DNA of 64,000 nucleotides, taken from positions 1,942 to 65,941 of the forward strand of contig CALWTK010000030.1 in the NCBI GenBank assembly GCA_944384465.1, written 5' to 3'. Shown here one piece after another: positions 8,776 to 17,314 of this stretch (positions within the stretch are counted from its first letter, which is position 1; the number at the start of each line of letters is the position of its first letter). The DNA comes from an uncultured Clostridia bacterium (GTDB lineage Bacteria > Bacillota > Clostridia > Christensenellales > UBA1242). Below the pieces are notes generated by a model. The model was not told where the DNA came from. It made no database searches and saw nothing but the letters and a program-made list of their open reading frames with translations. The position numbers and the translations under genes were made by a program.

Positions 8776-9261
8776 TTATTCTTTTTCTGCGATTGCTTTA
8801 AATGCACGAGCAAGACTAGCAACAGGTGCATTGAGGACATACAATAATTGAGCAACAAGTTGTTCTTTAGAAGGAATAGAAGCCAATGTGATAACTGCTT
8901 TTTCATCAATAACTTTACCATTATGATAACCTGCCTTGACAGAAAGAGCTTGATAATCTTTCATAGCGTTCTTAATCATTCTAGGAGCGATAGTTTCATC
9001 GTCTAGCCCAAAAGCGAAAGCTGTTGTTCCGTTTAGAGCATCATCAAAACCATTAATACCCAATTGTTCGCATGCTTTTTTGAAAAGGGTGTTTTTGATA
9101 ACTTTGTAGACGACATTGTTATTGCGCATCTCTTTTCTTAAAGCAGTATCTTGACTGACGTTTATACCACGGTAGTCAACTAGAACAATAGATTTTGATG
9201 AGTTAATCAAATTTTTGATATCCTCGACCGCATTCTTTTTCGCTTCAAAATTTGTTGACAC
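8776..9261 (-). CDS. rplJ: 50S ribosomal protein L10
   Basis: 161 aa, with a GTG start at 9261 behind GGAGGA. It lies immediately upstream of rplL and has a typical L10 N-terminus (VLVDYRGINVSQDTALRKEMR). Confidence 0.95.
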   Translation of the reverse strand: MSTNFEAKKNAVEDIKNLINSSKSIVLVDYRGINVSQDTALRKEMRNNNVVYKVIKNTLFKKACEQLGINGFDDALNGTTAFAFGLDDETIAPRMIKNAMKDYQALSVKAGYHNGKVIDEKAVITLASIPSKEQLVAQLLYVLNAPVASLARAFKAIAEKE

Positions 9262-9410
9262 GTTAATCCTCCTTTATGCTATATAAATAAAAATTCCTCT
9301 TGCCAAGACAAAAGGAATACAACAATCGACATTCTTTTCTCTCCTACACAAGCAACAATGTTTACGCCTTACAGCACTTGTGGTCTTTGGCTAGAATTTT
9401 TATTTAATTG
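9262..9410 (-). promoter_or_regulatory. L10-leader-like 5' UTR with an intrinsic attenuator hairpin
   Basis: A ~147-nt leader lies between the putative promoter and rplJ. The minus strand has a 10-bp hairpin, ATTCCTTTTG-TCTTGG-CAAGAGGAAT (9293-9318), followed by TTTTATTT about 30 nt before the SD. An upstream GC-containing segment (CCAAAGACCACAAGTGCTGTAAGGCGTAAAC) could form the L10(L12)4 binding mimic. Confidence 0.45.
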
Positions 9411-9415
9411 ATTAT

Positions 9416-9444
9416 AGTGTAATCAATAAAAGATAATTTGTCAA
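9416..9444 (-). promoter_or_regulatory. Putative rplJL promoter
   Basis: Minus strand reads TTGACA (9439-9444), a 17-nt spacer, then TACACT (9416-9421). Confidence 0.4.
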
Positions 9445-9760
9445 TAGATTTTAAGATTTTTTTATATTTTTTTATTTTCTCACGTTGAAATTAAAAAAAT
9501 CACGCGCTATTATAACTATAAATTGAAAATGCCGATTGAGATTAGATTTAGATTAGATAATATAAATATATGTTTTATCTAATAAATAATAAAAATATTG
9601 TTGAATAATAGTTAATGACTGGATACTTAATGATAACTTTAATAATAAAGTATGATTTTAATTTGTAATCATATATACAAAATTTATATATTATACTAGA
9701 ATAGTTTAGCATTTAATTGTAATGATGATTTTTTGTATTAATATAAATTTAAATTGAACT

Positions 9761-9791
9761 AAAAAAGAAGGCAATTTATGCCTCCTTTTTT
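9761..9791 (-). terminator. Intrinsic terminator after the 2339-aa gene
   Basis: Minus strand: AAAAAAGGAGGCA-TAAAT-TGCCTTCTTTTTT, beginning about 15 nt after the stop at 9806. Confidence 0.65.
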
Positions 9792-9805
9792 GTATACTCA
9801 GATCC

Positions 9806-12800
9806 CTATAGCTCAAAGTAGTGATACCCTTCGTATGCTCCAGTGGTCTCTTTACTTATTTTGTATCCACTAAAGATTGTTTCTATACTCTCAGCATCTA
9901 TTGGCAGCATTATGTACCACTTTCCTGTGAATATTGCATTCGTTCCATTCTGTAATACTCGCACAAAGCCTTCATCTGCTGACCTTATCTCTACCGTCGT
10001 CCCTTCTGGTATGACAACATCTATCTCCTCTGTCCCTTTCACTATTACATGAATGTCTTCTATAATCACGTTCTCTTTAATCGTATAGACAAACAACCCA
10101 TCTCCTACGCTTATATCATCTTTATGGACATAGTCATCTCCACCATTTAATACGCTCACAGTCTCCCCACTCTCTAAGGTATATATCATACCTATGTATG
10201 TCCTGTCAGTGTTAGAGCCTTTCAACGTGTTCTCGTCTATTGTGATCGTCACTTCTGCGTCTGTAGCTATGATACCATCAGCGGTGATCTTATCTAGATC
10301 GGTAGATATTTCAATGCTATCTACGTTAGTATCCTCAGTTGCACTTATGTTCATCCTGTATCCTTCAGAGAATACAAAGCGTATAGTCGTGTCTGACTCT
10401 ATTGATTCTATTGTCGTACCTGCCCTGTTGTCTATCGTCCCAGATACCGGTCTCATGCTCAATGCGTCATTTACATATACCGCCACTAGCTGATACGTGT
10501 TGTTCTCTTCATCTCCCGGTTCGGTCGCGCCCACTATATTGATCGTAGAGCCTTTCCTTACCGTTCCGCTCGTAGATATTGTTTCTCCATTGTTTACTTT
10601 GATGCCATAACTTGCGGTTCCTACTTCGCCCTGTACTTCTATGGTCACGTTCACTATCTCTGCGAACTGTGCTGTAATTGTTACATTGCTTGTCACTGTC
10701 TCTGGTACGTTTAAGTAACTGTCAAACTCATATCCGCTGTTCGCTGTAGCTGTCACGACTGTTGTACCTATTGTCAGTGTAGCTCCGTCTACTGATACCG
10801 CTGTGCCATAGTTTACTTCTACGCTTGTCTCACTCACTTGTCCACCTGTTCCAGCCGTGATGGTCACTACTAGTACCTTTATATCTGCATTCGCTGTCAA
10901 GGTCATATTCTGAGTGACTGTTATTGTAGCCTGTTGTGTGGAGATTGTTGTCGTTCCTGTCCAGTTTCTCCAGTCATACCCTTCTGTTAATACTGCATTG
11001 ATAGTAATCTCTTTTTCGTACCTATATGTTCCACCGCCAGATACACTTGTGACACCTGTACCTGTTTGCAAGTTGACCGTATAAGTCTGCCTTGTATATC
11101 TATATTCTACTACTGTACTGCCATCTGCCGCAATAGTCACTGTCTGCGTGCTTGGACTATTGAAGCCTGTGTATGTCTTCACGATTGGTGTCACTTGTGC
11201 GCCTGTAGCCCCTGTCAAGTTCTCTGTCTCATGTAGCGTATATTCATCGTCATCTACATTCTGCCAGTAGTGTCTCACTGTATATGCTGTGTCTGTGTCT
11301 GGTGCGAACACTGCCGTGATTGTAGTTGTACCTGTAATTGTACTTGGTGCAGTCCAACTAGAGAAGTGATATCCCGTGTTAGCTGTCGCTGTCACTGTCT
11401 CACTGCCTATTAAGATAATGTTTCCATCGGTCTGCACTACTGAGCCATACGGTACATTTACTTGACCTATCGACACTGTTCCATAGGTCGTATTGTTAGA
11501 TACTATTGTCACATCATATCTGTTCACTGTAGCGGTATGCGTCACATATATGTATATATTTTCATAATACGTTCCATTCATCACATATGTAGCACTCGTG
11601 CCACTTGTGTATGTCGCTAGCAATGTTCCGCTTGTATCCGTACCCGCATACACACATACGTTATCTAGTGTATAAGTGTATTGTTCTGTGTCTTCTTTCG
11701 CTGCCCATGATATACTCAAACCTTCACCATATGACCCTATGTCTGCCACTGTTATACTCGCCGTACCGTCTGATATACCTGTCGTCACATTGTAAGGTCG
11801 TGCAGTCCAGTGCGCGTATAGAGTCACGTCGCCGTCATGGTGCCATACCAAGTCACTTCCACTCATTGCCCAATAATCGCCTTCTACTGCCTGACCGTTC
11901 GCGTTATATACTTGCACCCCATTGGTTGCGTCAGTGTACCAACCTATGAACGTATATCCTTCTCTTGTTGGTATTATACTTGACATGCTGTTGTAGTTCG
12001 TTGAATCATATGTGACTATATATGTCTCATTACCTGATAATGTACCACCATTAGCGTTAAACGTTAAAATGTAATCGTTGGCATCCCATACCGCATACAT
12101 AGTAGCACTCGTCCCGCTCGTTGGCGTATATCTTGAACCAACCGCATAAGTGGTCCCTGTCGCACTACCTAATGCCCATGTAGTAAATGTGTAGCCAGTT
12201 CTAATAAATCCATTGCTTGGCAAAGTCAAGGTTGGATATGTCCTGCCACTTTCATAATTTGACCCATAACTTTCACCTACTGGTGTAGATATAGACAAGT
12301 CATAATTGTATTGCAGGTAATAAGTTCGCACTCTAGAATAACTGATATTTATTGTACCTAAGACATCATTTGTGCTTCCAGAAGTATTGTTGTTTCCATT
12401 GAATGTCAGAGTATATGTCGCTGTGCCCGTGCTAGGACTGCCTGTCACAATCCCACTGGACTGCGCGTTGGATCTCCATACTGCATACCAACTGCCAGAC
12501 TCTGTCGTGAGAGAGACATTGCTACTTGATGCAGTTGTCCCTGTCTCGGACGTCGTCCAACCTACAAAAGTGTATCCACTCTTCGTTGGACTATAACTTT
12601 GACTATAACTAGCACTTGCCCCAACATTGTACATATAGTATGCATTTCTTGTCTCTGTAGTGTTACCATCAACATGGAATGTCCATGTCCTCATATATAC
12701 CGCGTATACTGTCGTGCTAGCTGCTGTCGTCACTATGTTGTTCGTATTTGTGCTGTAACTTATCCTGCTAGGTGCTGTCGTCGTGTTGTTTGTGAAACTG

Positions 12801-15800
12801 CTTATATTTGTGTATCCATATAGGGTGTATCCTGTAGGTGCTGTGCTGAATATTGAAATATATTTCGTTCCTGTCGCTGTATTATATGGATAAAAGCGTG
12901 TTATTGAAGCACTTGTTCCGTTGTAATAAAAATGTACACTCCTGCTCCATACTGCATATAGATTAGATGTTGTACTTGCCGCCGACACATCAATTGTCCT
13001 TGAAGTGTATATGGTAGGACTATTACCCCCTTCGCTAGGTGAACTTGCTGCCCAGCCATGGAAATTAAACCCATCTAGAGTAGGAGTGCTAGTAGTAGCG
13101 CTTGCCGTGATAGACGTGATTGAGCCATTGTATGCACAATATACTGTGTTGCTTGTAGTATAGGCAACAGTACTTGAAGTCGCATAATGATTTAATGTGA
13201 GCGTCCTGCTCCATACTGCATAGTATGCAGTGTTGCCGGTAGGGGTCTGCGTGCCGCTCGTCCATGTCGCACTTGTCCCTGTGTTAGACGTTGTCCAACC
13301 CATAAAATTGTATCCGCTCCTGCTCGCCGGCTTATATGACAAGCTGGAGTATGTAGGTGTTCCTGCTAAGCCTCCTGTTGTTGCTGTTCTTGATGATGAT
13401 AAATCATAATTATAATATTTCGCCACATCTGTATATGGTATAGTCTTTGTCGTGTTTCTTGTATTTGACACCCCGCTCGTTGTGTAGAATGTATGTGTTA
13501 AGGTGCTTGTAGAACTTCTCGTACCGCTCGTGTCACTCCATACCGCATAGTATGTCGTGGCTGATGACGGTGTCTTGCTCCCGCTCGTCCATGTAGCAGT
13601 CGTTCCGCTACTTGATGTAGTCCAACCTTCAAAACTATACCCGCTCTTGCTCGCTGTCCTATATGATAGAGTTGAATATGATGTGGATGATAGACTGCCC
13701 CCTGTGGTGCTAGTTGTTGATGAAGTCAACCTATAGTTATAATATTTTCTAACACCAGTGTATGTCGACGTCTTAGTCGTTGACACTGGAGTATATGACC
13801 CCGACGCAGTATAAAACTTGTGGGTAATGCTTGAACTCGATGTCCTGGTCCCATTCGTGTCTGACCAGACGGCATAATAAGATGTATTAGATGTAGGAGT
13901 CTGCGTGCCACTCGTCCATGTTGGTGATGTGGATGTGGTGCTTGTCGTCCAACCTTCAAATCTATACCCAGACACGGTCGTACCGAAAGTCAATGGTGAA
14001 CTCAAAGATGAATATGTACTGCTCCCAGCTGTGCCACCAGTCGAAGCTGCCCATACAGTTGATCTATCACATGCCAGATATCGTGTGACGCCAGTATATT
14101 CTCTGGTTCTAGTGGTAGTTGTTGTAGTATAACTGGTGCTACCTGGTGTTCTATAAAATCTATGAGTATAAGTAGATGTCTCCGTCCTAGTGCCGTTATT
14201 GTCATATTTCCAAACGGCATAATAGATTTGAGAATCCGTGGAGTTATTGCCATTATAAATAGTAAATATATTGTTAGCCGTACCAGCTGTAACCATATTT
14301 GTATTTGCACCTAAGAAACCAGTAGTTGTTGTAGCAAAACCACCACCTGTATACGATCTAGAAAGCCCAGCATAAGTATAACCGCTAGGGACAATTATCT
14401 TTGGACTCCCATCCGTAGTAGGATTATACGTATCAAATAGGCATTGATAATATGAATAGCCTGAAGTTGATCCTGTTCTATATTTAATTTGTCTTTCATA
14501 ATATCCACAATTAAAGGTGTTTTGTCCATGATTTATAAAGGTAGCTGTATTATTATAAATTGTTGATGAATAATAATCAGGTGAATAATATGCTAAATAA
14601 AAATGAAATCTCGATGGAGTATTATTACCATTGTATATCCCTCCGCCAGTATATGCAGTATTATTGTAAATATAAAAACCATCTTCAAGCCTTCCCCATT
14701 CATGTGGTAGTGCTGTATCAGGGTGATCCGTGTATGCATCCCACAAATGAAAATCTCCTAGAAAATATACCCCACCACCATATTGAGCCTCATTGTTTGT
14801 TATATACCCTTGAAAACACGTAATATTTCCATAATTCGTTGATTGATATACACCTCCTCCATAATTAGAAGCAGTATTTCTGTCTATCTGTGCCCACGTT
14901 AACGCCATCCAGTACCCGCCATAATCATATAATTCTGAAAATATATAGATTTCTGATGCATACACTCCACCACCATTAGTAGCCGAATTATTATAAATCG
15001 AAGTGCCGTACATCTCATATTTCCCACTAGTGTTGATTTGTCCTGCGAGAGGTTTTACATATTTAGAATTGGAAGCAGTCCTCAGATAGGACAATGCCTG
15101 CAAGGTAGGAGCGTCAGCCTCTTCCACGCTAAAATACACGCCACCGCCATCACCTTCCGTTGAGCAATTGGATATGGTGACATGGTTCGTGGACAAGTTA
15201 TTGCCAAAGCAATAGATACCGCCACCATCTTTTGTAGCCGTGCAGTTCAAAATCTGTCCACCTTCTAGATGAGTCTCTGTCTCTACGAGATTGAGACACA
15301 TTGCTCCGCCATATCCGTCAGCATTGTTGACATTGTTTTTCAAGATGACATTGTCGTACATCTCTACAGTGTTGCCCTGCGAATATACAAGGGCATTTGT
15401 GGTCAGATTTTCTCTTGTCACTCTCTCACGTTCGCCATCTAGCACAATGGTAGGTAGGTCGTCCGTGCGCACTAAGTTGTTGTCATCATCCGCTTCGCTG
15501 CTAGCGTTTTCATCCCCTAGCACTAGAGTCGAGCTATCTGTACCCACTATTAGAGACAGTGGATTGCTGTCGCCACGTACAACGCTGGTATCCACGCTAG
15601 TGTTCAACGTCACTGCACTTGTTCCACTCGCTACCGCTGTGTCTTCCATGAACACTTTCTCTACTATGATGTTCACTTCAGCTGTTTGATTGTCTATGAC
15701 GCTATCAAACGCGTCCGCTATCGTCTCTGCGTTGATGATCTCGCCTGTGGTCTCGTTCTTGACCGTATTTTCATAGCATGAACCTGTCATGAATACTTTG

Positions 15801-16825
15801 TTGAATCGAGTTAAAATTGGGTAGTTGAAACTAAGTTCTGTGCTGCCTTCTCTATATGAATAATCACACCAAGTCTTCTCTAAATTGTATTCTGCTGCAT
15901 AGTCCCAGCTATAGAATTGGGACACACTGGTAGCTTTGATGAAGTTATCAGTAGAGATATGGTCGCTGTCGCGCCTAGCGATACCATTCGTGTCTCCAGT
16001 AAAATAAGAGTGAGAGACATATATAGTGTTCGCTTCAGAATGATTGGCGTTGGCATAACCGATTATCCCACCGACCGTGTTGCCTGAGATCTCCACATCC
16101 GCAAACGAATTGGTGACATAGTGATTCCCGTCAGTGGATAGCAGCATGCCCACAATTCCGCCGACAGTAGCCGCTCCGCTGATGGAGCCGTGGTTCACAT
16201 ACGTGTTGTGTATATCTGTATTGACCGCTTCTGCGACAATGCCGCCAACGTATTCCACACTTTCCTCAGCGGAATTGATGCTGACATTGTATAGACCTAA
16301 ATTTTGAATAGTGGCGTTCTCGACGTAATTGAAAAGTCCGTTGCCGTTGATAGTCGCGTTGAAGATAGTATAATACCCGCCGTCAAACACCCCTTGGAAG
16401 GTGGAATATGTATGAGTCTCGGCATCGACTTTCATCCCTATAGCGTCAATGCTCGCGCCTTTTAGATCAATATTCGTATTCAAATAAACTGTATAATCTT
16501 TGAAATAATCATACTGTCTGGCAATCTCGAGATCATTTACCTGACTGATGAAATAAAGAAAGGAGGCAGCGGAATTGATTGTGATAGATTTTTCATCCCT
16601 GTTGCCGAATTCTGCGCCCTGGAAATAATCTTGATCGCTGACACTTTCGCCATCCCATTCGTCAATCGACCAGTCAAGCGGATTGACCGCACCAGTCTGC
16701 GAACTCCTCCGCCTGTTTCCGTAATAGATCCCCAATGAAGTAAAAACTAGCATCAGCACCATCAAAGCAGCGATTATCACTTGCAGTGTAACTCTTGTGC
16801 TTTTTGTGGTAAGTTTTTTGCTCAT
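9806..16825 (-). CDS. 2339-aa membrane-anchored mosaic surface protein (GLUG cassette, Pmp-like GGGxY beta-helix repeats, S/T-rich YAVW modules, Listeria-Bacteroides/Flg_new-type repeats)
   Basis: SD GGGGAGGGG. N-terminal TM segment QVIIAALMVLMLVFTSLGIYY. GLUG-like motifs VGGIVAEA/VGGIVGML/VGGIIGYA. Six or more GGG(I/V)Y motifs. Repeats such as GYxFxGWTTS...YYAVWS and REGYTFIGWYTDATNGVQVY...LYAHW. No LPXTG. Confidence 0.85.
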   Translation of the reverse strand: MSKKLTTKSTRVTLQVIIAALMVLMLVFTSLGIYYGNRRRSSQTGAVNPLDWSIDEWDGESVSDQDYFQGAEFGNRDEKSITINSAASFLYFISQVNDLEIARQYDYFKDYTVYLNTNIDLKGASIDAIGMKVDAETHTYSTFQGVFDGGYYTIFNATINGNGLFNYVENATIQNLGLYNVSINSAEESVEYVGGIVAEAVNTDIHNTYVNHGSISGAATVGGIVGMLLSTDGNHYVTNSFADVEISGNTVGGIIGYANANHSEANTIYVSHSYFTGDTNGIARRDSDHISTDNFIKATSVSQFYSWDYAAEYNLEKTWCDYSYREGSTELSFNYPILTRFNKVFMTGSCYENTVKNETTGEIINAETIADAFDSVIDNQTAEVNIIVEKVFMEDTAVASGTSAVTLNTSVDTSVVRGDSNPLSLIVGTDSSTLVLGDENASSEADDDNNLVRTDDLPTIVLDGERERVTRENLTTNALVYSQGNTVEMYDNVILKNNVNNADGYGGAMCLNLVETETHLEGGQILNCTATKDGGGIYCFGNNLSTNHVTISNCSTEGDGGGVYFSVEEADAPTLQALSYLRTASNSKYVKPLAGQINTSGKYEMYGTSIYNNSATNGGGVYASEIYIFSELYDYGGYWMALTWAQIDRNTASNYGGGVYQSTNYGNITCFQGYITNNEAQYGGGVYFLGDFHLWDAYTDHPDTALPHEWGRLEDGFYIYNNTAYTGGGIYNGNNTPSRFHFYLAYYSPDYYSSTIYNNTATFINHGQNTFNCGYYERQIKYRTGSTSGYSYYQCLFDTYNPTTDGSPKIIVPSGYTYAGLSRSYTGGGFATTTTGFLGANTNMVTAGTANNIFTIYNGNNSTDSQIYYAVWKYDNNGTRTETSTYTHRFYRTPGSTSYTTTTTTRTREYTGVTRYLACDRSTVWAASTGGTAGSSTYSSLSSPLTFGTTVSGYRFEGWTTSTTSTSPTWTSGTQTPTSNTSYYAVWSDTNGTRTSSSSITHKFYTASGSYTPVSTTKTSTYTGVRKYYNYRLTSSTTSTTGGSLSSTSYSTLSYRTASKSGYSFEGWTTSSSGTTATWTSGSKTPSSATTYYAVWSDTSGTRSSTSTLTHTFYTTSGVSNTRNTTKTIPYTDVAKYYNYDLSSSRTATTGGLAGTPTYSSLSYKPASRSGYNFMGWTTSNTGTSATWTSGTQTPTGNTAYYAVWSRTLTLNHYATSSTVAYTTSNTVYCAYNGSITSITASATTSTPTLDGFNFHGWAASSPSEGGNSPTIYTSRTIDVSAASTTSNLYAVWSRSVHFYYNGTSASITRFYPYNTATGTKYISIFSTAPTGYTLYGYTNISSFTNNTTTAPSRISYSTNTNNIVTTAASTTVYAVYMRTWTFHVDGNTTETRNAYYMYNVGASASYSQSYSPTKSGYTFVGWTTSETGTTASSSNVSLTTESGSWYAVWRSNAQSSGIVTGSPSTGTATYTLTFNGNNNTSGSTNDVLGTINISYSRVRTYYLQYNYDLSISTPVGESYGSNYESGRTYPTLTLPSNGFIRTGYTFTTWALGSATGTTYAVGSRYTPTSGTSATMYAVWDANDYILTFNANGGTLSGNETYIVTYDSTNYNSMSSIIPTREGYTFIGWYTDATNGVQVYNANGQAVEGDYWAMSGSDLVWHHDGDVTLYAHWTARPYNVTTGISDGTASITVADIGSYGEGLSISWAAKEDTEQYTYTLDNVCVYAGTDTSGTLLATYTSGTSATYVMNGTYYENIYIYVTHTATVNRYDVTIVSNNTTYGTVSIGQVNVPYGSVVQTDGNIILIGSETVTATANTGYHFSSWTAPSTITGTTTITAVFAPDTDTAYTVRHYWQNVDDDEYTLHETENLTGATGAQVTPIVKTYTGFNSPSTQTVTIAADGSTVVEYRYTRQTYTVNLQTGTGVTSVSGGGTYRYEKEITINAVLTEGYDWRNWTGTTTISTQQATITVTQNMTLTANADIKVLVVTITAGTGGQVSETSVEVNYGTAVSVDGATLTIGTTVVTATANSGYEFDSYLNVPETVTSNVTITAQFAEIVNVTIEVQGEVGTASYGIKVNNGETISTSGTVRKGSTINIVGATEPGDEENNTYQLVAVYVNDALSMRPVSGTIDNRAGTTIESIESDTTIRFVFSEGYRMNISATEDTNVDSIEISTDLDKITADGIIATDAEVTITIDENTLKGSNTDRTYIGMIYTLESGETVSVLNGGDDYVHKDDISVGDGLFVYTIKENVIIEDIHVIVKGTEEIDVVIPEGTTVEIRSADEGFVRVLQNGTNAIFTGKWYIMLPIDAESIETIFSGYKISKETTGAYEGYHYFEL
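12080..14235 (-). repeat. About eight diverged ~105-115-aa (~325-345-nt) tandem modules, each ending in aromatic-YAVW
   Basis: YAVW-encoding landmarks occur near 14209-14230, 13863-13885, 13540-13560, 13211-13232, 12941-12965, ~12700, 12470-12495 and 12080-12105. The three central modules align by eye (THRFY/THKFY/THTFY ... GY(R/S/N)F(E/M)GWTTS ... YYAVWS). Confidence 0.75.
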
Positions 16826-17064
16826 TTTTGCCCCTCCCCTTAAAACAAAACAATCTTTATCTTAGTCTACACTATTTCGACAAAAAAGACAAATCATTTT
16901 TCCGTAATATGCCATTATGCCATATTGTTTTTTTGATAAATTTATGAACTTTCGGTAATGAACATTAACCTATAACTATTTATACAAGCGCGATCATCAA
17001 TTTTCTTTAGACTCACAGAGTAAATCTATAAATATTATCTCTAAAAGTCGCAATAAATATTAAA

Positions 17065-17094
17065 ATTACAAATATGAAGATTACAAAATGTCAA
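17065..17094 (-). promoter_or_regulatory. Possible promoter for the 2339-aa gene
   Basis: Minus strand reads TTGACA (17089-17094), an 18-nt spacer, then TGTAAT (17065-17070). This would give a ~235-nt 5' UTR. Confidence 0.3.
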
Positions 17095-17103
17095 AAATTT
17101 AAA

Positions 17104-17190
17104 ACGCCAGTTTGGCGACTTGTAGGAAAGCGAATGAAGGTATCTTGCGGGACATAATTTGTCCTCAAGCGCGGTCGCGACGCGAAAGGG
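17104..17190. other. GC-rich, hairpin-dense element between divergent promoters (candidate small RNA or regulatory RNA/operator)
   Basis: It contains CGCCAGTTTGGCG (5-bp stem), GGACATAATTTGTCC (5-bp stem) and CGCGGTCGCGACGCG (which includes the palindrome GTCGCGAC), all inside otherwise extremely AT-rich DNA. Read on the minus strand it ends with CGCCAAACTGGCG followed by TTTT. Confidence 0.3.
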
Positions 17191-17238
17191 ATATAAAATT
17201 TGAGCTAAATTTTTCAAAAAATATGGCAGATGAAGCTA

Positions 17239-17267
17239 TTGACAAGAAAAAAATTGCATGGTATACT
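17239..17267 (+). promoter_or_regulatory. Sigma-70-type promoter of the 344-aa lipoprotein gene
   Basis: TTGACA (17239-17244), a 17-nt spacer ending in TGG (extended -10), then TATACT (17262-17267). Confidence 0.55.
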
Positions 17268-17314
17268 TTTTAGAGAATTTTATCTAACAAAAGGATAAAT
17301 TTTAGGAGAAGATT

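Noticed and set aside
17104-17190. Assignment of the GC-rich element to the c-di-GMP-I/II riboswitch classes (CGACGCGAAAGGG resembles GACGCAAAGC)
   Set aside because: Only one short segment resembles the consensus. The expected GGCAAAC box, the GNRA tetraloop/receptor pair and the P2 helix are not evident. It is reported only as an unclassified structured element.
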